Source: Escherichia phage HP3.2
Sequence record: OP978391.1
Reading direction: 5' to 3' (one strand)
DNA length: 64,000 nucleotides
Program-made: the position numbers and the translations under genes
In this document: piece after piece, positions 47,505 through 56,666 of the stretch
How the letters are laid out: every line of letters begins with the position of its first letter
Numbering within the stretch: position 1 is the first letter of the stretch
The notes under the pieces: generated by a model
Told to the model about the DNA's origin: nothing
Seen by the model: only the letters and a program-made list of their open reading frames with translations
Database searches by the model: none

Positions 47505-47580
47505 TGGGGTGACCGATGGGAGTCGAACCCATGACTACGAGAATCACAATCTCGAGTTCTACCAACTGAACTACGGCCAC
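47505..47580 (-). tRNA. tRNA-His (anticodon GUG)
   Basis: Acceptor GUGGCCG/CGGUCAC, anticodon loop UUGUGAU, T-loop UUCGACU, CCA. Confidence 0.75.
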
Positions 47581-47694
47581 ATTAATACCTACTCCAACAA
47601 TCAAGATGTCTTCACACGAAATTAAGAGAAGAGTGATCAGTTCAACCCCTATAATCGCGTCAAGTAGATATTAATGTGACAGTTGTCACAAATT

Positions 47695-47769
47695 TGGCGG
47701 ACGTGATAGGATTCGAACCTATAACCAATCGCTTAACAGGCGATCGCTCTGCCATTGAGCTACACATCC
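47695..47769 (-). tRNA. tRNA-Asn (anticodon GUU)
   Basis: Acceptor GGAUGUG/CACGUCC, anticodon loop CUGUUAA, T-loop UUCGAAU, CCA. Confidence 0.75.
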
Positions 47770-47773
47770 AAAT

Positions 47774-47860
47774 TGGTGGGGAGTGGTGGAGTCGAACCAC
47801 CCGAGTCGCAATGACAATGAATTTACAGTCCACACCGCTACCTCTACGGGATAACTCCCC
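47774..47860 (-). tRNA. tRNA-Tyr (anticodon GUA), long variable arm
   Basis: Acceptor GGGGAGU/ACUCCCC, anticodon loop CUGUAAA, variable arm GUC-AUUGC-GAC, T-loop UUCGACU, CCA. Confidence 0.75.
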
Positions 47861-47869
47861 AAATTAATT

Positions 47870-47944
47870 TGGTGGCCCTGGGTGGAATTGAACCACCATC
47901 TGGCGATTATGAGTCGCTTGCTTGAACCTTCCAGCTACAGGGCC
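47870..47944 (-). tRNA. tRNA with CAU anticodon (Ile2-type by T4 analogy, or elongator Met)
   Basis: Acceptor GGCCCUG/CAGGGCC, anticodon loop CUCAUAA, CCA; identity (Ile-lysidine vs Met) not resolvable from sequence. Confidence 0.7.
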
Positions 47945-47945
47945 T

Positions 47946-48021
47946 TGGTGCTGATTGACGGAATCGAACCGCCGACCTTCTCATTACAAGTGAGTTGCTC
48001 TACCTACTGAGCTAAATCAGC
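47946..48021 (-). tRNA. tRNA-Thr (anticodon UGU)
   Basis: Acceptor GCUGAUU/AAUCAGC, anticodon loop CUUGUAA, T-loop UUCGAUU, CCA. Confidence 0.8.
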
Positions 48022-48026
48022 AAAAC

Positions 48027-48116
48027 TGGCGGAGGCGATAGGATTTGAACCTATGAGTCGCCGGAGCGACTGCCGGTTTTCAAGACCGGTGCATTAAACC
48101 ACTCTGCCACGCCTCC
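48027..48116 (-). tRNA. tRNA-Ser (anticodon UGA), long variable arm
   Basis: Acceptor GGAGGCG/CGCCUCC, anticodon loop CUUGAAA, long variable arm, T-loop UUCAAAU, CCA. Confidence 0.8.
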
Positions 48117-48119
48117 AGT

Positions 48120-48192
48120 CTCCGTGGCAGGATTTGAACCTACGACATTCTGCTCCCAAAGCAGACGCTCTACCAAACTGAGCTACACGGAG
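48120..48192 (-). tRNA. tRNA-Pro (anticodon UGG), CCA not encoded
   Basis: Acceptor CUCCGUG/CACGGAG, anticodon loop UUUGGGA; 3-nt spacer to tRNA-Ser suggests a dimeric Pro-Ser precursor. Confidence 0.8.
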
Positions 48193-48202
48193 TAAATTAA
48201 AT

Positions 48203-48276
<74 letters not shown>

Positions 48277-48281
48277 AAATT

Positions 48282-48368
48282 TGGTGCGAGAAGTGGGACT
48301 CGAACCCACAAGGAAATCATTCCGCAGCATTTTAAGTGCTGTGCCTTTACCAATTTGGCCATTCTCGC
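48282..48368 (-). tRNA. tRNA-Leu (anticodon UAA), long variable arm
   Basis: Acceptor GCGAGAA/UUCUCGC, anticodon loop CUUAAAA, long variable arm, T-loop UUCGAGU, CCA. Confidence 0.8.
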
Positions 48369-48369
48369 G

Positions 48370-48442
48370 CTGGGAATAAAGGACTCGAACCTTTGCATCC
48401 TGGAATCAAAATCCAGTGCCTTACCAACTTGGCTAATTCCCA
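48370..48442 (-). tRNA. tRNA-Gln (anticodon UUG), CCA not encoded
   Basis: Acceptor UGGGAAU/AUUCCCA, anticodon loop UUUUGAU, T-loop UUCGAGU; abuts tRNA-Leu. Confidence 0.75.
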
Positions 48443-48539
48443 ATTATTAACAAAGGCTCTTAAGCAAGAACCCTTGATGATAGAGGGTATTAATCAGTGC
48501 GATATGAGTTAATAATAACAAATAATTCTTAAAGCATAT

Positions 48540-48827
48540 TTACCATTTATAATAATACATATTTACGATGCATTCAAGACCCAAAGGATTCTTGAAAATA
48601 TCATATTCAAGAGGACCTTTTTCTGTTTCAATAAAGAAATCAAAATTTACTGTATTAAATTTACGTTCTTCCTTCACTAATTTAACTTGAGAAGATGAAC
48701 GGTCAATGTAAACCTTTTCAACTTCAAAACATGTTAAAATGCCATAATCATCAATCAAAGCTTTAGCCGCGTCTTGATCATATTTATATCCATTTTCAAT
48801 GGATGATACTTTCGCATAAAGAATCAT
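48540..48827 (-). CDS. Hypothetical protein (95 aa)
   Basis: ORF upstream of the tRNA cluster. Confidence 0.5.
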   Translation of the reverse strand: MILYAKVSSIENGYKYDQDAAKALIDDYGILTCFEVEKVYIDRSSSQVKLVKEERKFNTVNFDFFIETEKGPLEYDIFKNPLGLECIVNMYYYKW

Positions 48828-48829
48828 TA

Positions 48830-49228
48830 TCAGCCTTCATCAACAATAGTGTGAGTATTAGCATTTACGATTTGCCACCAATCAAAGCGATTAGAATCCA
48901 TCGGTTTGTTTTCATTTTCTTTGATAATGTCACGGAGTTCATCTTCAGAGAATGCTTTAGCAATTAAATCGGTATACCCACCACGGGGATAATAATTATC
49001 ACCTGCAAACAAAAGGAAATTTACCTTCCCGGAAGCAACATATGCTTCCTTAGGATACTTGTTTCCTGCGTGGTCAACCACTTCAATATAACGGTAAGGA
49101 ATATCGGTTCTTTCAACCCATTGCCATGCCGCCGCAGGGGAATCGAAAGCATCTACACCTAAACGATTATCTTCATCTTTAGACGGATTATTTTCGTAAT
49201 CCGCATATACATAATATTCAACGTTCAT
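48830..49228 (-). CDS. Hypothetical protein (132 aa)
   Basis: ORF. Confidence 0.5.
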   Translation of the reverse strand: MNVEYYVYADYENNPSKDEDNRLGVDAFDSPAAAWQWVERTDIPYRYIEVVDHAGNKYPKEAYVASGKVNFLLFAGDNYYPRGGYTDLIAKAFSEDELRDIIKENENKPMDSNRFDWWQIVNANTHTIVDEG

Positions 49229-49413
49229 TATTCACCTTTAGAAATTTTATCCATAACAATAGCAATTAAACCAATTAAAAATGCTACTACAAGTGAAAAC
49301 ACATTTTCTGCTGTAGTCAATAATCCACATATAAATCCAACAAACATTGAAAAACTAAAAGCGGAAGCAGAAATTGCAATAGCAACATTTCGAATTAATT
49401 CACAACGTTTCAT
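49228..49413 (-). CDS. Small membrane protein (61 aa)
   Basis: Hydrophobic: AIAISASAFSFSMFVGFICGLL and VVAFLIGLIAIVM. Confidence 0.45.
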   Translation of the reverse strand: MKRCELIRNVAIAISASAFSFSMFVGFICGLLTTAENVFSLVVAFLIGLIAIVMDKISKGE

Positions 49414-49424
49414 TTTATTCTCCT

Positions 49425-49471
49425 CAGTAGTAGATAGGGTAATAGTATCACTACCCTATCTAAAAGTAAAC
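49425..49471 (-). promoter_or_regulatory. T4-type early promoter with hairpin-embedded -10
   Basis: GTTTAC (plus 49466-49471) -17 nt- ATACTAT; -10 flanked by inverted repeat GGGTA...TACCC. Confidence 0.5.
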
Positions 49472-49705
49472 TTATTTTTTACGAAAAATTGATTTATTTT
49501 CTGCTGCCCATTTTTCAATAACTGCAGCAGGACCAGTAACAACAATTTTATCACCGTAATCTTCTGCGGCGAGTTGACCGAAATTATCTAATGCATCACG
49601 AAGAACTCCATGAGGCATTTCACCCATTTTATCTTTCTTGCCAATGTAAATAAACTCAACTTTTACATCAGCAGTTTCAGCAATAAATTCTTGGTAAGTT
49701 TTCAT
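49472..49705 (-). CDS. Internal protein (IPI-position), capsid-targeted, 78 aa
   Basis: Start at MKTYQEFIAE, identical to the T4 internal-protein capsid-targeting sequence; sits between tRNA region and 57B as ipI does in T4. Confidence 0.6.
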   Translation of the reverse strand: MKTYQEFIAETADVKVEFIYIGKKDKMGEMPHGVLRDALDNFGQLAAEDYGDKIVVTGPAAVIEKWAAENKSIFRKK

Positions 49706-49734
49706 TTTGATTTCCATTTGGTTTTGTTTTGATA

Positions 49735-49795
49735 AGGTAATAGTATCACAACTAAAACCCTATGTAAACAACTTTGTGAAATTATTTTAAATCTT
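49735..49795 (-). promoter_or_regulatory. T4-type early promoter
   Basis: GTTTAC (plus 49765-49770) with downstream GGTAATAGTATCAC -10 region. Confidence 0.5.
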
Positions 49796-50039
49796 CTAAT
49801 CGTTTCTTCATCTTAGAACCATTTTTAGCAATTTCTCCTGCATCGGAGCATAATGCTAAAAGTGCTTTAACTTTAGTTTGGTCTCCTTTAAAAGATGAAG
49901 GATCGACCGCAGCAGCAAGTTCTTTAATACGAGAGAAAAGACGCTCAGCTTCAGCTAAAGCCATTCCAAGCTTTACTTCCATACCGTGGGAAGATTCAGT
50001 GATAGTAGTTTTTGTAGCAAACTCTTTGAAAGTTTTCAT
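49782..50039 (-). CDS. Internal-protein-like small protein (85 aa)
   Basis: N-terminus MKTFKEFATKTTITE is CTS-like with an ITE site; own early promoter. Confidence 0.5.
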   Translation of the reverse strand: MKTFKEFATKTTITESSHGMEVKLGMALAEAERLFSRIKELAAAVDPSSFKGDQTKVKALLALCSDAGEIAKNGSKMKKRLEDLK

Positions 50040-50059
50040 TTTTATTTTCCTAATTAATT

Positions 50060-50112
50060 TTGATGAGGTAATAGTATCACTACCTCATCAGTATGTAAAC
50101 AACTTTGTGAAA
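50060..50112 (-). promoter_or_regulatory. T4-type early promoter with hairpin-embedded -10
   Basis: GTTTAC (plus 50095-50100); -10 flanked by inverted repeat GAGGTA...TACCTC. Confidence 0.5.
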
Positions 50113-50797
<685 letters not shown>

Positions 50798-50798
<1 letters not shown>

Positions 50799-51523
50799 TA
50801 TAGTACCTTTAGTGTATTTTTAATTTTAGAAAAAAGTTCTTCAAGAGAACCATCGTTTGTAATTACTAAATCGCCATCACGAATTGGCAATCCAGCTTCT
50901 GTAATATGTGTATCATTGGATTTTTGGCCAGGACGAACTACATGAATTACTGTAGCACCCATCGCCCTAGCCGCATCCATTTCATGATCTTGACGGGTAT
51001 CAGGAACGATATAATAATCATAACCTGAGTTAAATTTATCAAGATAATCTAAAGAAAATAATTTTACCCAGTACATGCGGTCGAAGTTATTAACAATCAA
51101 ATCCGTACCTAGGGCTTGCATCAGACGACGGACTGACCATTGATCTTCAATATTATTTATAACGTCAGTAATTTTGTTAAATGCTACGAAATTAACTGAT
51201 TCTTTTCCTTCGTCATCAAAAACAAACACACCTTTAATTGGGCTTTTACCATTAAGATAGCAAAATGCTTGTTCCATAATCATAATTACTTCTAATTTAG
51301 TCAAATTCAAATTAGTCTCACGATCATAGTCAATTCCTTCAAACTCTCTACGAGTTAAGCAAGGATAGTCAGTGTTTGCTGCAAATACACCCCATGCATA
51401 AGCCAATGCATCTTTAATAGGACCAGCAAGTTGATATTTAACTGCAGAATAATTATTCATGATAAAATCTGCAGTAGTATCTTTTCCACTACGCTTTACA
51501 CCACTTAAAAAGATTAGTTTCAT
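50798..51523 (-). CDS. 1: dNMP kinase gp1 (241 aa)
   Basis: 241 aa; P-loop GVKRSGKDT; sequence agrees with T4 gp1. Confidence 0.9.
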
Positions 51524-51572
51524 GTGTTTCTCCTCAAATTTAGTTAAGATTATAACACATGAAACTGAAGCA

Positions 51573-52103
51573 TTAAACTTCTGCTATAATTTTGCCATCT
51601 TTTTCTACTTGAAAATACGTATAAGGAATCGTTGCTGTGCATACTAAAGCTGGGTCTGAATCTTCCGTGTAGCTAAATTCTACTTCAGACAGGTCAGAAA
51701 CCCAAGGCTTATAAAAATTTATTGACATCACGATTTCAGTTTTACTATTATCTAAAATGTAAAGCGTAATGTATTCAGGACCTGTTTTTTGGGCAGTATT
51801 TTCGCCTGTAAGATAGTTACTAGTTCCTAGCATCCATTCATACATTCCTATCCACGACTTAAGCTCTTCGTCAACTATAAATCTCACGATGAGTGGATCG
51901 TATTCAAATGTAACTCCTGGACGTTGTGCTCTGCCTAGTCCAAACGGCCCAGTCACGGTATCAGTAACAGGTATCCTAATTCCTGGAATAGGAACTGACT
52001 GAGCATTTAAAGTAAAAGCAGATGTAGTATTACTATGTGGTATTGATACTACAAAGTTAGTTGTATTTGCTTGGTTAAAAATTTGTTGCAGTGCTTGCGA
52101 CAT
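51573..52103 (-). CDS. 3: Tail sheath stabiliser/completion protein gp3 (ca. 176 aa)
   Basis: Start taken at MSQALQQIFNQANTT to match T4 gp3 length. Confidence 0.8.
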   Translation of the reverse strand: MSQALQQIFNQANTTNFVVSIPHSNTTSAFTLNAQSVPIPGIRIPVTDTVTGPFGLGRAQRPGVTFEYDPLIVRFIVDEELKSWIGMYEWMLGTSNYLTGENTAQKTGPEYITLYILDNSKTEIVMSINFYKPWVSDLSEVEFSYTEDSDPALVCTATIPYTYFQVEKDGKIIAEV

Positions 52104-52209
52104 ATATTCCTCATAATGCTTTATAAATGTTGGTGGTATAATGGGTCTAAGTCCCTTCCATTCAATTCCAATTAGAACAAACAATAGAAAAGAATGGAAG
52201 ATAATAGAA

Positions 52210-53034
52210 TTAGATATTTGACCAGACTTTGTTTGCAGAGAAACGTTTTCCTTTTGAAACGAACTGCTGAAGTGGCATTAACACAACGTTCGCCCAGTCT
52301 TTCGGGGCGATTTCAACAAGGCTACCCATAATATTACCAGGTATATATGCCTTAATCATTTGGTCTGCACCCCTAAATCCTTTCACTTGACTCCAATCAA
52401 TTTTTAATTTCGTTTTATTAGTAATAGTAGGTGTATTTGCATATTGCTTTAAAAGCTCTTCTAGAAATTGCTGACGAGCTTTAGGTGGAATATAGTGCAA
52501 GTTTAATCCGTACATTAAATTATGTTTACCTAAACCAAGGTAAATTATTAAAGGAAATTTATCCCAGTAAGGAAGAGTTTCCTTGTGTTTAGCATCATAA
52601 GCAAAAGCATATATTCGTCCCGGCTGCGGGCGAACAACTTTATGTCCTTTTACTTGCTTAATAGTTTCAGCAAACCACTTTCTGGTTTTATTATTAATTG
52701 CTGCACCTTCATTACGAATTTTATCACGCAATGTTTGTCTGAATGAATTTATCATAAGCAGTTGTCTTTCTTGCTTATTGAGTTTATTCATTGGTTTTGA
52801 TTCAAGCTTTTGAATCTTTTCAGCCGTTTTAATTCCTGAAGCATATTTTGACATTGCTGAAGTAAACGTAGAGTATTTGATTCCTCTTTCTTCAGCAAAT
52901 TGCTTTCCTGTCATTCCTTTTGCTTTGGCCTTTTTATATTCAAGACCTATCTGAATCCATTTCTTTTCGTTTAATGATTGCTTAACCTTTGGAACTTGGG
53001 GAGTGCTTTCATTAATTATTTGAAAAATAGCCAT
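52210..53034 (-). CDS. 2: DNA end-protector protein gp2 (274 aa)
   Basis: 274 aa, basic; position between 3 and 4 as in T4. Confidence 0.85.
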
Positions 53035-53486
53035 TATGCCCCCTTAAAGCCAAGAGCTCGTAATCCATCTTCTGTCAGAATTCTAAATTTTATTCCACGC
53101 TTTTCAGCTAAAGATTGCGCTGCTTTCCATTTGTCAGTATTAACGGAATATGTATAAATTTCATTCATAAATCTTTTCTTCGCTGCAGTTGTTAGATGTG
53201 CCGGTTTAACTGGTGGTTGTGTTTCTTTTTTAGGTTTTATTTCAATAAAAAATTCTTGTCCAGAAGAATCTTTCATCCAAATATCCATGAAGTATCTACG
53301 TTTTTTCCCTTCTGCATTACAAAAATAAGGAATTACTGCTGTTTCACTACCCCATGCAATAATTTCTGGATTTTTATCTAACCATTCAAAAAAGAATTTT
53401 TCCCAATTTGATCTATACGTAATTTTTTTAGGGTCACCTCTATACTTTGATATATTTTTAGGAACCCATTTTCCAGAATATGCCAT
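53034..53486 (-). CDS. 4: Head completion protein gp4 (150 aa)
   Basis: 150 aa; stop overlaps gene 2 start. Confidence 0.85.
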
Positions 53487-53497
53487 TGGATTCTCCT

Positions 53498-53505
53498 TAT
53501 AAATA
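53498..53505 (+). promoter_or_regulatory. Late promoter for gene 53
   Basis: TATAAATA about 29 nt upstream of the gene 53 ATG. Confidence 0.6.
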
Positions 53506-53513
53506 GATAATAT

Positions 53514-53521
53514 ATTTATAA
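53514..53521 (-). promoter_or_regulatory. Late promoter for gene 4 (divergent from the gene 53 promoter)
   Basis: Reverse complement of tatttata is TATAAATA, about 28 nt upstream of the gene 4 start. Confidence 0.5.
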
Positions 53522-53533
53522 ACAGGAGGGCCC

Positions 53534-54124
53534 ATGCTCTTTACATTTTTTGATCCGATTGAATATGCGGCCAAAACGGTGAATAAAAACGCGCCGACTA
53601 TTCCTATGACAGATATTTTTAGAAACTATAAAGACTATTTTAAACGCGCTCTTGCGGGATACCGCTTACGTACTTATTATATCAAAGGTTCACCACGCCC
53701 GGAAGAATTAGCAAATACTATATATGGAAATCCACAGTTGTATTGGGTTTTATTGATGTGTAATGATAATTATGACCCGTATTATGGATGGATTACTTCA
53801 CAAGAAGCAGCTTATCAAGCATCTATACAAAAATACAAAAATGTAGGTGGAGACCAAATAGTATATCATGTGAATGAGAACGGTGAAAAATTTTATAATT
53901 TAATATCATACGATGATAATCCATATGTTTGGTATGATAAAGGTGATAAAGCTAGAAAATATCCTCAATATGAAGGAGCACTTGCTGCTGTTAATACGTA
54001 TGAAGATGCTGTTCTTGAAAATGAAAAACTTCGTCAAATAAAAATAATAGCAAAATCAGACATTAATTCATTTATGAACGACCTTATACGTATAATGGAG
54101 AAATCTTATGGAAATGATAAGTAA
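53534..54124 (+). CDS. 53: Baseplate wedge protein gp53 (196 aa)
   Basis: 196 aa as in T4 gp53; first plus-strand late gene. Confidence 0.9.
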   Translation: MLFTFFDPIEYAAKTVNKNAPTIPMTDIFRNYKDYFKRALAGYRLRTYYIKGSPRPEELANTIYGNPQLYWVLLMCNDNYDPYYGWITSQEAAYQASIQKYKNVGGDQIVYHVNENGEKFYNLISYDDNPYVWYDKGDKARKYPQYEGALAAVNTYEDAVLENEKLRQIKIIAKSDINSFMNDLIRIMEKSYGNDK

Positions 54125-55835
54125 TAACCTTAATTGGTTTGTTGGTGTTGTTGAAGATAGAATGGACCCATTAAAATTAGGTCGTGTTCGTGTTCGTGTG
54201 GTTGGTCTGCATCCACCTCAAAGAGCACAAGGCGATGTAATGGGTATTCCAACTGAAAAATTACCATGGATGTCAGTTATTCAACCTATAACTTCTGCAG
54301 CAATGTCTGGAATTGGAGGTTCTGTTACTGGACCGGTAGAAGGAACTAGAGTTTATGGTCATTTTTTAGACAAATGGAAAACTAACGGAATTGTCCTTGG
54401 CACGTATGGTGGAATAGTTCGCGAAAAACCGAATAGACTTGAAGGATTTTCTGACCCAACTGGGCAATATCCTAGACGTTTAGGAAATGATACTAATGTA
54501 TTAAACCAAGGCGGAGAAGTAGGATATGATTCGTCTTCTAACATTATCCAAGATAGTAACTTAGACACTGCAATAAATCCCGATGATAGACCACTATCAG
54601 AGATTCCAACCGATGATAATCCAAATATGTCAATGGCTGAAATGCTTCGCCGTGATGAAGGATTAAGATTAAAAGTTTATTGGGATACCGAAGGATATCC
54701 GACAATTGGTATTGGTCATCTTATCATGAAGCAGCCAGTTCGTGATATGGCTCAAATTAATAAAGTTTTATCAAAACAAGTTGGTCGTGAAATTACTGGA
54801 AACCCAGGTTCTATTACGATGGAAGAGGCGACGACTTTATTTGAACGTGATTTGGCTGATATGCAACGGGACATTAAATCACATTCTAAAGTAGGACCAG
54901 TCTGGCAAGCTGTCAACCGTTCTCGTCAAATGGCGTTAGAAAATATGGCATTTCAGATGGGTGTTGGTGGTGTAGCTAAATTTAACACAATGTTAACTGC
55001 TATGTTAGCAGGAGATTGGGAAAAAGCGTATAAAGCCGGTCGTGATTCATTATGGTATCAACAAACAAAAGGCCGTGCATCCCGTGTTACCATGATTATT
55101 CTTACGGGAAATTTAGAATCATATGGCGTTGAAGTGAAAACCCCAGCTAGGTCTCTATCAGCAATGGCTGCTACTGTAGCTAAATCTTCTGACCCTGCTG
55201 ACCCTCCTATTCCAAATGACTCGAGAATTTTATTCAAAGAACCAGTTTCTTCATATAAAGGTGAATATCCTTATGTGCATACAATGGAAACTGAAAGTGG
55301 ACATATTCAGGAATTTGATGATACCCCTGGGCAAGAACGATACAGATTAGTTCATCCAACTGGAACTTATGAAGAAGTATCACCGTCAGGAAGAAGAACA
55401 AGAAAAACTGTTGATAATTTGTATGATATAACCAACGCTGATGGTAATTTTTTGGTAGCCGGTGATAAAAAGACTAACGTCGGTGGATCAGAAATTTATT
55501 ACAACATGGATAATCGTCTTCACCAGATAGATGGAAGCAATACAATATTTGTACGTGGCGACGAAACGAAAACTGTTGAAGGCAATGGAACTATCCTAGT
55601 TAAAGGTAATGTTACTATTGTAGTTGAAGGTAATGCTGACATTACAGTTAAAGGAGATGCTACCACTTTAGTTGAAGGAAATCAAACTAACACAGTAAAT
55701 GGAAATCTTTCTTGGAAAGTTGCTGGGACAGTTGATTGGGACGTTGGTGGTGATTGGACAGAAAAAATGGCATCTATGAGTTCTATTTCATCTGGTCAAT
55801 ACACAATTGATGGATCGAGGATTGACATTGGCTAA
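54108..55835 (+). CDS. 5: Baseplate hub/tail lysozyme gp5 (575 aa)
   Basis: 575 aa; internal lysozyme domain MLRRDEGLRLKVYWDTEGYPTIGIGHLI paralogous to gene e; C-terminal beta-helix VxGxxxx repeats. Confidence 0.9.
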   Translation: MEMISNNLNWFVGVVEDRMDPLKLGRVRVRVVGLHPPQRAQGDVMGIPTEKLPWMSVIQPITSAAMSGIGGSVTGPVEGTRVYGHFLDKWKTNGIVLGTYGGIVREKPNRLEGFSDPTGQYPRRLGNDTNVLNQGGEVGYDSSSNIIQDSNLDTAINPDDRPLSEIPTDDNPNMSMAEMLRRDEGLRLKVYWDTEGYPTIGIGHLIMKQPVRDMAQINKVLSKQVGREITGNPGSITMEEATTLFERDLADMQRDIKSHSKVGPVWQAVNRSRQMALENMAFQMGVGGVAKFNTMLTAMLAGDWEKAYKAGRDSLWYQQTKGRASRVTMIILTGNLESYGVEVKTPARSLSAMAATVAKSSDPADPPIPNDSRILFKEPVSSYKGEYPYVHTMETESGHIQEFDDTPGQERYRLVHPTGTYEEVSPSGRRTRKTVDNLYDITNADGNFLVAGDKKTNVGGSEIYYNMDNRLHQIDGSNTIFVRGDETKTVEGNGTILVKGNVTIVVEGNADITVKGDATTLVEGNQTNTVNGNLSWKVAGTVDWDVGGDWTEKMASMSSISSGQYTIDGSRIDIG

Positions 55836-56364
55836 TATACTTCCAATGAGCGCTGATTTAGGAGAATCCATGGAAGGTTCTTCTATCGACGTCACCTTTA
55901 CCGCTCAATTAGAAACAGGTGAAACGTTAGTATCTATAAATATAACTAGTTACGAAGAAACTCCTGGGGTTTTAGTAGAAGAAAATCGCTTATACGGAAC
56001 ATATGAATCTGTGTTTGGATTTGGAAATGACGCGTTGAAATATCGTTTAGGCGATGAATTTAAAACTGCTGCTTCATGGGAAGAACTTCCTACTGATTCT
56101 GATACTCAGTTGTATTTATGGAAAGCTCCTCAAAACCTCCAGAAGACATTCACTTACGAAGTAACATTAATATATGACTACCAAGAACAAAGTGAATCTG
56201 GAGGTTCTGGCAGTAATTCTAGGTCATCTTCTGATACTACTGAACCGACAGATCCTCCTGCTCCAGTAAGAAAAACTCTCGTTAAAAATTATACTAAAAC
56301 TATAGTTGGAAATTGGAGTCGTTGGGCTAATAAATTAAGAAGCTATGTGTATGAGAGGTCATAG
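55807..56364 (+). CDS. 5.1: gp5.1-like protein (185 aa)
   Basis: ORF between 5 and 5.4; Ser-rich segment. Confidence 0.65.
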
Positions 56365-56658
56365 ATGTCAGGATTAAGTTATGATAAGTGTGTTACTGCC
56401 GGCCATGAAGCATGGCCTCCAACAGTTGTGAATGCTACACAAAGTAAAGTATTCACTGGAGGAATTGCTGTTCTCGTAGCAGGTGATCCAATTACAGAAC
56501 ATACAGAAATTAAAAAGCCATATGAAACACATGGCGGAGTGACACAACCTAGAACTTCTAAGGTATATGTCACTGGAAAGAAAGCGGTTCAAATGGCTGA
56601 TCCAATATCATGCGGTGATACTGTGGCTCAGGCATCATCTAAAGTATTCATTAAATAG
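56365..56658 (+). CDS. 5.4: PAAR-repeat spike-tip protein gp5.4 (97 aa)
   Basis: 97 aa; PAAR-like core with conserved His/Cys ([18 protein letters not shown]). Confidence 0.75.
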
Positions 56659-56666
56659 GATTTAAA

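Noticed and set aside
54600-55100. Lysozyme-like segment inside gene 5 as a separate endolysin gene or recent duplication of gene e
   Set aside because: It is the known internal lysozyme domain of the baseplate hub protein gp5, in frame within the 575-aa ORF.
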